From contig OZ004608.1 in assembly GCA_963924565.1 (NCBI GenBank), forward strand, positions 10,106,001 to 10,170,000: a stretch of DNA of 64,000 nt, given 5' to 3'. This DNA comes from Ascidiella aspersa (Eukaryota). The notes beneath the pieces are model-generated. The model had not been told where the DNA came from. It worked only from the letters and a program-made list of their open reading frames with translations, and ran no database searches. A program made the position numbers and the translations under genes. How positions within the stretch are numbered: the stretch's first letter is position 1; each line of letters begins with the position of its first letter. Of the stretch, positions 1 to 10,692 are shown one piece after another.

Positions 1-679
1 CCCCCCTCCTCCCAGGTTAAGATCCATTGGCCGCTATTATGAAATTACACGCCGAACACTAAAATGTGGTGGGCCTAGGTTGATCATGTTTGATATACAA
101 AAGCCTCTACGAGCACCTGTTTCACACCTATTATATTTTAAAGAAACAAAGTATTGTCTAGATCAAAAGTCATTGTCTTTTAACTAGGATAAATTCGGTG
201 GATAATAAGAACGAAATTAGAACCAGCAACGAGTTTGTTGGAGCTTTTATTCTAGAGTCATACATTTCCAAAACAAGCTAACATCGAACAAAGAATAAAT
301 TAAAATATCCTTACAAGCAGGTAACACATCTTGTTTTAAACAAAATTGTGTTCCGCGTTTAAATAGGTGGGTAAAGCTTATGACTAGAAATATGCGGAAT
401 AAAAATGAACATTTTTTTCCTAAAAAATACCAACCTCTGTACGTACAACTGATACATTCATGCACACAATAAGTATTCTGTGATCAAGCCCGTTTGGAGT
501 CGTACTGGCCAACGATAACGGAACTTATATATAGTACAGATTATGACTTTGAAAAGACCGAAATAAGCCTGATCAGGATTAAATTCTGTCCGGACTTTCA
601 AAACGTACGTTGAAAATTATGTTTAAAATCGAGTTAAATCCAAACTTAACCCAACCTCTCTTAACTATACACAACCCAC

Positions 680-894
680 CTGATCTTCTCCCATGTAATC
701 GACACTGTCCTCCAGAGACATCACTTCTACCCTTTCCTCTTTGTTGATCTTCCAACCGGAGACGCGTGCTTGATCCTCGCATCCTTTATCCTCCTTAATC
801 TCGCCTCCTCCTCCCATTAGGAGGATTTGTTCTTCGCAGTGATCCCAGCTCTCGGCGCTGGACGACAGGTGCATGTTGATGGTGGATTGTCGAT
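680..894 (-). CDS. VEZT: VEZT exon (DRQSTINMHLSSSAESWDH...GEDQ)
   Basis: gacag|AT, CAG|gtgggt; open frame, conserved HxxxSxxxW. Confidence 0.8.
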
Positions 895-3800
895 CTGTCA
901 TGTTTACAAATATGCAACATAGAGTTTGCTACATTAAAAGGCATTTTTTTGAATATTGCATAAAAATTAAAGATAAATAATTAAATAGGCTCAATAATGC
1001 AAAAGCAAACTTCGGCTTAATATCCTGAAAATCATTACCATTGCACTTTTTTCCAATTGAAGTAGATTAAAATGTTCCGTACATATAAACCGTCACTTAG
1101 TGGTTTACGTTTATAATACGGCATTACGGAGCGCGTTTCAGTCCTGAACGTATAAAAAGCAACAAAATTATCTATATTCCAGGGCAGAGTTGTTCGTGTG
1201 CTAGTGTCAAACAGAAAACCATCACTCTGCGGGATTAAGTGTTTTTTTCAACTGTTTAAAAACCCACAGCGAAGTCCTTAGGTAAATTTTAGTTTGCATG
1301 AATCAAAGTTTTCACTCTTCTCTTCGTAAAAGTCGACTATCTGATATTAATGACTTTTAGTCATGATGCCTGAAATTGTTTCCTTTAAAATTAAAATACA
1401 CGCATGGTCTTTTTTCGGCAATCATTATAAGAGACCTGGATGGTATCAATGCTTTCAAGATGAATGTATAAGCAGGCATTGAAATGTCCGTTTATAACCG
1501 TAAACCAGTCTTACCTGGAGGTATTTTCTTGTGTTGGGCAACGTCATTCTCTAATCGCATCACCCTGGCAAAAAATATTTGGTGAGATGGTAATAGAACT
1601 ATAAACTAGAAACTTGTTTTGTAGTTGCAGAAAATAGCCAAGCTAAAAGCAATAGGCAATCGCAAAACAAATATATAATTTTTATTGATTGAAGTTCCTT
1701 TTGAGGAAACTCAAGGTATTTCGTCGAATTTTATCAATCCGTGTTTCCGGAAGTATTTCGGCCGATTTAGTTACAAATTTATGACATTTAGACTCTGGGT
1801 GTCACTTACTCGTGCATAGCGGCCCTCAGGTAGACTTGCAGGCTGTGGAGATTGATTGACAGCGCTGTCGGTTTGCCGCTTCCGCCTGAACAAACAAAAA
1901 GAGATTTTGATCCATTCGAATATAGGTAAAGATAAGCCGATTGGTTTGACGCCATTGGTGGACCTAGCATTTTGACTGAAGATAACCGTCCTGCTTATTT
2001 AAAACAGGGTGTCACCCTAAAATTAATTGAGCCCAGGTGTGTGTGTGGCACGTTAATTTTTTTAAGCCAAATTATGTGATTTTACATATTAAGGTTTATC
2101 TTAAATTTAAATTTAACGCATCAATTAAAGTTTGACGCTGATATCTTCCAAGTTGCGAATGAATGCCTAATTTTACTTTAAATTTTTTTACAACGTAGTG
2201 ACATAGTATGTGGCCGATAATTCTGCCTGATGCTGCCACCAGCTTAATCAGGAAATCGATTTCAGGAGTCTGGTCTTTCGGCCAATGCGCCCCAGGGTGG
2301 CAAATTAATTATCGTTAATGTATACCGGTGGTTGTAGCAACGGTTAGCTTGCAGTGAAATCATGACTTGCAAATGGTCGCAGAGACATTGCCTGACGTAT
2401 TTAGGATACGGAATTTCGCGAATCTGTAGGTTTTCCTTAGACATAGCGCAATGAAGGAATTCAGCAATAAATCTACGCGGACTTACTAAAATAAATGCAA
2501 TTGTACAAAGCGTTGAATTCATTGAAGCTTAAAAGCACTTGTAATTATTTTATAACTGCAGCCAGACAGCTTTTTTATGGGTCACAAAGCTTTAAATATA
2601 CTCTCCATATCCTCAATAAAACGAAAACACAGGCTAATAGACAAGAATCTCTTGTCGTGTTTTCTTTCTGCAATACAAGGTAGATTGTGGCAGCTTGCCC
2701 GTGCAATGTAAAGATTTGTCATCTTTGTTAAAACTCAGGTGTTTCGCGAGTTAAATTTAGCGAAACCGATCTCTTTTCGATGCCCGATATTTTGGCAAAA
2801 AGGTCAGGCGTCCGATACGATCTTAAATGACTTATTTACTGCAAAAAGTTCCCAAGTTAAAGAAAAGAAAAAGTGCAAATGCAATTCAAAGTAATTTGGT
2901 CAAAATTTGCTTCAGCGTTTAAAAGATAAGTTACCTTATATAACTCTTAAGGTAGAAAATTTTGCGTAGGTTTGCAAACCCGACTGAAATGCACATATAA
3001 AGTCAGACGCCAACTCCTATTCGATGTTATTGGACTGTGCTATTAACAGTATTGAAACGACTTTAACTCAATACTTGACGTAAGTGCACTAAGTCACTGC
3101 TTTTAAATGGCTTGACTTAAATTAAGTATTTTGGCCAAATGGCTTGGCTTGGACTTAATTTTTGAGTCAAGTGACTTAGGTTGAAATGAAATGTTTTTTA
3201 TAAAACATTTTATTATAAACTTGTGGTATTTATCGCGTTTTTCGCACGTAAAACAATTTGCTTGCTATGTGTTGATTTTTTGGTTATTTTTTTGGTTAAG
3301 TTATTGCTTATAATTAAATCGGACGATTATAACAATTTATTAGTTTATAGCTTTATTTTTATAACAGTGATTTGACTTTAACTTGTTCGATGGATGACTG
3401 GTTAATTTGTTCTAAGAATGACTTGATTGGGACTTGACTTGGTCAATTTATGACGTAGACTGGGACACTTGTTATTTTTATAAAATACTTTACCTCCACT
3501 TGAATTATTTCACAAATGACTTGAATGGGACTTTGTTGTTTTCAAAATGACTTGTGTACAACAACACTGTCTATTAATCAATATACCTTTGCTGGGTCGC
3601 TTCGTCTTGTTTTGATTGCTTGCTGTGAAGTATTTGTGCATTTCAAAGGAGCAACGCAAAGTGTTGTGGCTGGAGATCGTTTCTTGAGTCGGGAAAGAAA
3701 TTATCCCGGGTAGGTTGCAAAGGAAGCCTGTGAAAATGTCTATAAGCTTGCTATGTATTTCTGCAGTTTGGGAGCATGTTTTCCGTTTTAAAAGTCCGTT

Positions 3801-6800
3801 TAAATGACATATGTTCGTTTTTTTTTTAAATTTATTATTTTTAGATCGACAGAGTTAATCTTACTTTTTATAAATCATTTGATTGGAAAAACAAAAATAG
3901 CTCGCGCACTGTTAAAATAGGCTCTTTAAGTGACCCAGGGTGCCAAAACCATTGTAAATCAGTTACCAGTCATCTACATTGTATGTTTTATCGGACACAA
4001 TGCAAACTGGCAAACACACTGCACAACGCGGGTGCCTAACAGTCAATCATTTTCTAATTTTTAACCGCAAAACCTATAAGCAATAACTATCAAAATAGGT
4101 TGGAAGATTAGGGTGAGATTGGTTAATCTACTAACCATAAAATATTTGTCACTAAAATGCATTTTTAATTTTGCTGAACAGACGTTCGGTGCATGCTGCA
4201 GAAAACTGATTGACTAAAATAATATATTAAAGTGAAAATATGTCTGCAGGGAAAATATGCAAACATGTGGTAGAATTCTACAAACAATTAGAAGTTTTAA
4301 ATAAAATTTCGGCACACAGCATGTTTGCCTGCACGCGTATTGAGGCAATCAGTAATGCAAATCACAAAGTTTTTGAAAACCACTAGACTTGGTCTTTGCT
4401 CTTTCCCAGCTTCAAGGTTTTTTTTAGCAAAAGCTGGTTCATGTACCAAACAGCACTTGTACAAAGCCTTAACTTGACATCTGATCGCAATCAACGTTGT
4501 CATACCTTTCTCGGTAAAGTCCCACGTGGCCTTGGATAGGGTTAGCGAAAGGTGGGTGAGCATCTCGGATCGCTGCTTGCTCATCAGTTCGTTGAGTCGC
4601 TTTAGTGAGGCGAGGGAATAACCGTCAGTGGCGGTGTAGGCCTCGATAGGCGACGAGTCCAGGTTCTGCGTGAAATAGGCTTAAGTGGCGCATTAACTCA
4701 TCTCTGCGTTTTCAGGAGTCGACAAGCTAATGGCCGCTGCACGCCTCGTCGGGCGTAATTGCATGCGCCGAACCTTCGAGAAACCTACGTATGTAGGAAG
4801 ACTTTATACCAGGTGAAAGTGTTGGTACGGGTCGGGCAGCATTAACGGTAATGGATGAATGGGATTGAAGTTCAATGTCATACACGTTAGCAGTGAGTTA
4901 AAGTCAGGAAACATAATTGTCGCATCGGATAATGACAACTTTAACTTAGCAGACGTCAGTAAGACAGCCAAGCTAACAGTTTTACATAAACAACCCCCCA
5001 AAAAAAATAATTGCAACAAAAAATGTTTAACAATAATTAAAAGGCAATGTTTAATCCCAATAATGCATTAAAGATTCGAATCACCATTCGTCTATACTGG
5101 AGACAGCTTAAATATAACTGTGACTACTGCAATGAACATAGGAAAGCTGAATTAAACATTAAGGTGGAGGCCCCTTAAAAAATTCGACTCCAGTTGAAAA
5201 TAGACCGAAGGAGGTCCGGAAAATGTGATCCTTTTTTAGTAATTTGAAAAAAAAGATTCAGCACCCTAAATTAAAGCTCGCCAATTAGAAGTACACAAAC
5301 CAACATACGATGTATACTGAAACCACGATAACCGACCTCCAAAAACGCCAGTCCCAGTTCGCCAAGGGGCGCCCGACACAGGAGGCGCTGTTCGACACCT
5401 ACGTCATCGGCCCGGGGGTCAAGGGTCGGCGAGTAGGCGACCAATCTCCGGGTGGAGTCACGGCAGGCTAGGAAGCAACGGGTAGAAGCCCGAAGAACCG
5501 CGATGCGAAGTTTTCTGAGCGTTCGCTTACGGTCGTTGGCTTGAGCTTCGAGACGATCGATCGGCGTTCGTCCGTTGAGTCTGCGCGAAAAAACGATCGT
5601 GATTTGACGTTTATTTATTCGATCGGGCCAAGCTCGCGTGCCACTTTTTGCTGAACGTCACCGAGATCAGATTGCCGATAGCGCTCGATTCCTCCTTTAG
5701 GAAAACAAGATTATATGCTCATATCACGATACTTAAGATACTAAAACGGGGGTAAACATTTTGTTTACATTAATTTGCTTTTACATTATTTTAAAGTTGT
5801 TAACCGATTTTCGGTTAAAGCGAAAGACTTTCTGAGCTACATTTACACCAATTTTTCAAATTTAATTTGCATGAGGTATATAACCAAAGAGTTCGTTTTT
5901 GAGCATCTTATCTAACGATATCCATCTGTAAACCTCGTTACATTACAAATGACACATCGATATTGTAATAACCATTCTGTTAAATTTCATTTTTTGAGGT
6001 ATTACCATAACCTAAACATAATGGACGATAAAAATAAAAAGACTGCTATTTTTTTTAAATAAAAAAGACTGCTGTAAAAGTGTCGTAAATGAACCTACAC
6101 ATATGCTCTATTCAGTTAGGTGCAACAATTTGGTTTTGTTCAGATCACTATTATGCTAATTGGGTTATAGGAATATGAATAAACAAATGAACTAATTTAC
6201 TAAAAAAAACTAAATTGCAAGTGCAGCTTAACGAGAAAACATGTTGAAAGCAAAAGTAAACCGGAGGTTTCAAACTCTGTTTTGTTTATTTATCCACACG
6301 AAAAATATTAACCTAACACTGAGCTTACAGTTTATAGCCTCGGGACACCACTTCAATTTCTTGAATCAGTCTGATGCTTTTTCTCGTTAAACGATCGAAA
6401 TGCTTGCTTGATGACAAAAAGTTTCTCAGGGCTTTTAGGTTCAGTTCATGTTGTCTCTTCCACATTTCAAAAACAATCTGAAAAAATATTATATAGTGAT
6501 AATACATACATAATGCACACGGTTTTGATCAGGGTATAAACAAAATTGAACAACTACAAAGCAACAAACAATAAGAGTTTAGAAATCAATGAACAATACA
6601 GGTAGTGTAGCATAAATAAAACAAGGATTTACACTCGCTTAAGGGGCGATTAACACTTGTAAATCTTAACTGACAGACAGCATTAACATTTATGTGCTCA
6701 GCTGCAACATAGTAAACAGGACTATACATTACTTTGCCTTATGTTATACCCAATGGCTTTGTATGGTAAACATTTAGCACAAAACAGTATTCTACAAATT

Positions 6801-8321
6801 TACACCTTTAAAAAATAACATTTAAAACTTTATGAATTGCAATTAATAAACAGCAAAAAAAAATTTAATCAACAGCAAAATACAAAATTTAATCAACAGC
6901 AATTGCTTTGAAACTCACTTCTAATCTTATGTTGAAGCATAGCACAAAGAAGGCTGACAAAAGAACACAAGTTTGCATAAAGGAAGGGAGTACTGGTGAA
7001 CACAAAATTGACAAAACACAACCAGTAAATGCAGCCACTAACATTGAGTACCTAAAAATAAAAAAAACGGACTTGTTCCTAATAATAAAATAACTAAAAG
7101 TTAGCATAACAACTAACAACTATCTAAATAAAGGTAAAGATAGTATAATTACTTATTTATCTTGTGGTTTTTAAAAGACTGTAAAAAAGGTAAACTTTGT
7201 ATTTATTTGTTTATATTATTCATTACCAAAAGTTACCTGGCTGAATTCACTGTGTCAGCAACTTTGTGTTTGATTGAATTGTTTTGAAAGGCATTTAAAA
7301 ACTGCTGTGGTGTTTCTACACACAAATAGTCAAGATCCTCTTCCAGTATAACAACACTCTCCAGTATTTCTTTGCCATATTCAGTGTAATAGTTTTTACT
7401 CTAGCACCATAAAAATAATAAAAAATGGGTAAATGATGATTGAAGACAACCGTGGAACATATATGCTAGAGAATACCAAGCACAACAAGTGTGATGTTAA
7501 CGAGTACCATAGTAAGTGAGATGTAGTTTTACTAAACATATATTTTGCAAAAATAAACTAAAAAAATTGCCAAACCCAACTTTAAAACAAAAATCGTTCA
7601 GACACTCAAATCAAAGCGAGACAAATATTTTGACTTGTCCTATTTTGTTTCATATAGAGTATGTAACATTTTTTAAATCTCACCAATTGAATTAAAATAT
7701 CTTGTGAAATTGGAAAGAAGGATGAAAGCCTGCTTCGCAAATCATTCCATTTTGCACAAATATAACCCTGAAAAACAATATTGTATTGGTAACAGTATGC
7801 ACCAATAACCTGTGTTTCTATACATCTAGAATGTAAAATAAACACCCTAAAGTTATTATCCTTCATTACAATCAAAACTGCTATTTAAACCCTCACCTTT
7901 AGCGTTATGCCATAGAAGAAATTCTTTTCACAGTTTTCAAGTTTTTTATTTGGTTCTCCAATTTTATCATCAACATATAATAGTTCAGTGTTACTCAACT
8001 CACCAAGATACTCATGGAGTGGTGTTCCCTAAAAATTGGAATGAAACAAAGTTGTGTCATTAAATAGTTTAGTAATGATGTAAATTTAAATAAACATTTT
8101 TATTTTAACCTGATTTAAGAAAACAAGATTTTGAGGTGTTTAATAGAAATCTTTAATTGCTTCTTTTTAACAAGCAAATTATATAAAATTTTAAGTACAG
8201 GTAATGCGGAAACCCCATATTAACATTTACAGGTAAATATTGCGTTTCAAATCAATTCACACGGAACCTCCGCTACCTCTAGCGTCACTTCTTCATCCAG
8301 GTCCGTAGCTGTATCATACAT
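680..8321 (-). CDS. VEZT: Vezatin (adherens junction/dynein-related transmembrane protein); spliced gene, 12 coding exons in window (531 codons), 3' end beyond window start
   Basis: Manual splicing gives a continuous frame with GT-AG junctions. Motifs match vertebrate vezatin: DEEVTLE|GTPLHEYL (FDEEVVFENSPLYQYL), ILEEDL, two TM segments, IRLIQEIEVVSRGYKL (LRLIQETEVISRGFTL), PLGELGL, TDGYSLASLK (TDGFSLPALK), HSLQVYLRA (RSLQLHLKA). Confidence 0.93.
1515..1564 (-). CDS. VEZT: VEZT exon (VMRLENDVAQHKKIPP)
   Basis: gccag|G, G|gtaaga; resembles EVIILEDEL. Confidence 0.8.
1810..1885 (-). CDS. VEZT: VEZT exon (GSGKP...HSLQVYLRAAMH)
   Basis: gttcag|GC, GA|gtaagt; SLQxxL motif. Confidence 0.87.
3047..3569. 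mobile_element. hAT-type MITE in a VEZT intron
   Basis: Termini CAGTATTG...CAACACTG, 8-bp TSD GCTATTAA/TCTATTAA (7/8), many internal GACTTG subrepeats; related remnant near 62540-62630. Confidence 0.75.
3587..3727 (-). CDS. VEZT: VEZT exon (FLCNLPG...LRCSFEMHKYF...PSK)
   Basis: tcacag|GC, G|gtatat; resembles LKRSYEFYRYF. Confidence 0.82.
4506..4665 (-). CDS. VEZT: VEZT exon (NLDSS...TDGYSLASLK...FTEK)
   Basis: cacgcag|AAC, G|gtatga; conserved TDGxSL motif. Confidence 0.92.
5337..5580 (-). CDS. VEZT: VEZT exon (LNGRTPIDRL...PLGELGLAFLE)
   Basis: 244 nt open, phases fit neighbouring exons. Confidence 0.88.
6329..6477 (-). CDS. VEZT: VEZT exon (IVFEMWK...RLIQEIEVVSRGYK)
   Basis: Hallmark vezatin motif; tttcag| and |gtaagc. 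Confidence 0.93.
6919..7051 (-). CDS. VEZT: VEZT exon encoding two hydrophobic TM segments
   Basis: ttttag|G, GAA|gtgagt; YSMLVAAFTGCVLSILC...VLLSAFFVLCF. Confidence 0.87.
7237..7400 (-). CDS. VEZT: VEZT exon (SKNYY...ILEEDLDYL...NSA)
   Basis: Open frame, AG|gtaact donor, conserved ILEED. Confidence 0.85.
7684..7767 (-). CDS. VEZT: VEZT exon (GYICAKWNDL...ILIQL)
   Basis: tttcag|GGT, TTG|gtgaga, 84 nt, phase 0-0. Confidence 0.75.
7897..8028 (-). CDS. VEZT: VEZT exon (GTPLHEYLGEL...GITLK)
   Basis: ttttag|GGA, AAG|gtgagg, 132 nt open. Confidence 0.88.
8277..8321 (-). CDS. VEZT: VEZT coding exon 1 (MYDTATDLDEEVTLE)
   Basis: ATG at 8321, donor GTAGCG, phase 0; DEEV motif. Confidence 0.85.
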
Positions 8322-8975
8322 GTTACAATTCACAGGTCAAAACAAACTACAGTACACACTATTCTACCGTCGTCCGATTCTTTTCGTACTCTGTTAATGA
8401 AGTGAAAAACTCTCACGGTGGATTCCCACAACTGTAACTGTACCATTGTCAACAAATAGTATTGAAAGTTTGAACGTCATGTTGTATCGGATTAGAACAG
8501 CAGTTTTACCTTGAAAACTTGTTTTAAAGTTAAATTTTTTTACCGTTAAACGTTACACAAAATGCATAAGGTTTACAAAACATTTTTTTTCTTTAAACAT
8601 TTGCGGTTTTGGTGCCTCTTTGGACGTCTTTCCTATTATATTAATAGAACCACTGTTTTGTAGCCTTTCGTTTTTACAGAAATAAGTAACTAAATTAAAT
8701 TTAAATCAAATGAAATTTATAAAAAACAACAATAATCAGAGTTGAGAACTTTATCGAATAATAAAAACTAAACATTTTCAGAATTTTAACAGTCGTTAAT
8801 ATGTGATTAATCTGGTTTCTAGGTGGCGCTACGGAGCGTGATTTGGAGGTTGATTGTTCCTCAGCAAAAAGTTATAAGGTGACTGGCTGACTGTGCAATT
8901 TCCGACCAAACCCGAACGGGCAAGAAAAACTGCTGCGCCCACGGCTATTTAATGAGAGCAAATAACACGGAAAGA
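8322..8975. promoter_or_regulatory. Divergent (head-to-head) promoter region of VEZT and ALAS
   Basis: VEZT ATG at 8321 (-); TATTTAA at 8946-8952 about 25-30 nt upstream of the ALAS IRE exon; CTCF-like AGGTGGCGCTA 8821-8831; ARE-like TGACTGTGCA 8888-8897. Confidence 0.7.
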
Positions 8976-9057
8976 CTTATTTTGTTCGTTCTCAGTGAAG
9001 AGCAACAGAATAACGTCCGAAGCTAATCAAAACTACAATTACCGTTTGATTTTCAAG
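8975..9057 (+). other. ALAS: ALAS non-coding exon 1 (start approximate), spliced to exon 2 acceptor at 10444
   Basis: Strong donor CAAG|GTGAGT at 9057/9058; acceptor ttttcag|A at 10443/10444; no upstream ATG in the joined UTR. Confidence 0.8.
8977..9013 (+). promoter_or_regulatory. Iron-responsive element (IRE) in ALAS 5' UTR
   Basis: TTATTTTGTT-C-GTTCT-CAGTGA-AGAGC-AACAGAATAA: CAGUGN loop, 5-bp upper stem, unpaired C, 10-bp lower stem; nearly identical to the vertebrate ALAS2 IRE core (GUUCGUCCUCAGUGCAGGGCAAC). Confidence 0.95.
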
Positions 9058-9331
9058 GTGAGTTTTGGGTTAAATTAAAATTGTGCTAAATAACTTTCTG
9101 TGTATAGCTAAAAACGCCTAAATTATTCTGTTTATATAACGTTAGATAGTTTTCATTAGTCCGTATTGGATTTCATTGTATTTTTTTTTCATTTTGAATG
9201 AAAACAGTTCACAATAATAAATAAAGCATCTGTTTCCTGTCTTATTCTTATATATAGTTTTGTTTTTCAGAAAATTTAATAGTTTTGTAGAATCCTTTAC
9301 CAGTTGTTTATGTTTTTTTAGCAAAAATATG

Positions 9332-9533
9332 GGTGCTGCTCTAGAATCCTACCACAATGCACATTATTTGGGTAAGGATGCGGTTAGCGTTTTGGGTTAG
9401 GGTGGGTCAAGTATTATTTAAAAATAATAAATATAATAATACTTGACCCACCCACACCCAAACACTAACTCGCACCCTAACCCAAATATTGTGCGTTGAT
9501 TTAATAATTATGGTATGATTCTAGACCAGCGCC
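9332..9533. mobile_element. Foldback MITE (Merlin-like) in ALAS intron 1
   Basis: Near whole-length inverted repeat (GGTGCTGCTCTAGAATCCTACCA...TGGTATGATTCTAGACCAGCGCC), perfect 8-bp TSD AAAATATG (9324-9331, 9534-9541), GGGTTAGGG-like internal motifs. Confidence 0.85.
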
Positions 9534-10537
9534 AAAATATGTTAAAATATGATTATAATGTGAAGACCACTATGTCAGTTGTTTGTTTTACAAATTATAT
9601 TTAAACTATTTTAGCCTGAAAACCTAGGTTTGATAAGTTCATAACTACCAAATAGCAGTTTCTAGAGAAAAAGAAAACTGCTTCATAGATTTTCTTTCTC
9701 TGTTATGTAATTTCCATTTGTTATTGAAAAATTGCTTTAAATTGGAGCTTGCCTTTTTCAGTCATCACCAACTTTGCAGGCTTAAATAAGCATACATAGT
9801 TCTTAGTAACGCCTCATACTTCCAACCTATTCTGAATATGTCACAGGTTTTATACTAGAGAGCAAAGATTTTGTTCTTGAAACAGACTTTTAGTTTTGTG
9901 TGAATCTGATAATCTTTTATTGATTAAATTAATACTCATATCAAGTCACATTGATTGCAATGACAGCCCTTAAACTACAGTGCCATAAGCAGCTGTTTTT
10001 GTACTATATATATTCCCTTAAAATCACACATGGTTCATACTGAGACAACTCATTAAATTATGTATTCTGTAATGTTCAAGATTATCACTGTTGAATCTTT
10101 AGCGTTTAGTCAGGTTCGAAATGTTGAAAGCTTAGTAAGCAAAGAAACCTATTTGAACATGGTGTTACTGTCCAGTTCTCGCCATTCCTGGAATTTAATG
10201 TTGAACAATGCATGTCAGATTGAAAACAGTTTACAACGGTTAGAATTTATTTTAATTTTTGTTACTATTTTTTTGACAAAATAAGTTGTTTTGGGCTAAT
10301 TTGTTTGTTCTTAAGTAAAGCCAAATTCGACAGTCAGTAAAGATTTTTGTAATATGTATGCTTTGCTTCGGCTTTATGACTTGGAGAATAAAGATTTTAA
10401 AAGTGCCAGTGTCATAATTAGTAGTATTGCCACTTGTTTTCAGACAAAAACTACTCGCCACCTCACGTCTTTGCACAGAAAAGAGCAGCAAGTTTTCACA
10501 GTTCAACAACTTCTCAATTCAAAAGCATCGAACCAGC

Positions 10538-10692
10538 ATGGAATCCATTGTCAGCAAATGTCCGTTTCTGACCAGAGTGCCAAGCCAGTTTCTGCGAAAG
10601 GCCGGCCAGTCGATCATGTCCTATGCCAGCAGATGCCCGATCATGAGCGAATACATGACCAGCTATGCTGCCATGGTTAACCTGCAGACCAG
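10538..10692 (+). CDS. ALAS: ALAS coding exon 1 (presequence, HRM1 KCPFL, HRM2 RCPIM)
   Basis: AGCATGG start context; AG|gtgcga donor, phase 2. Confidence 0.92.

Noticed and set aside
4696-4870. Possible extra VEZT exon or antisense exon in this intron
   Set aside because: Flanking exons join in frame without it; no vezatin similarity
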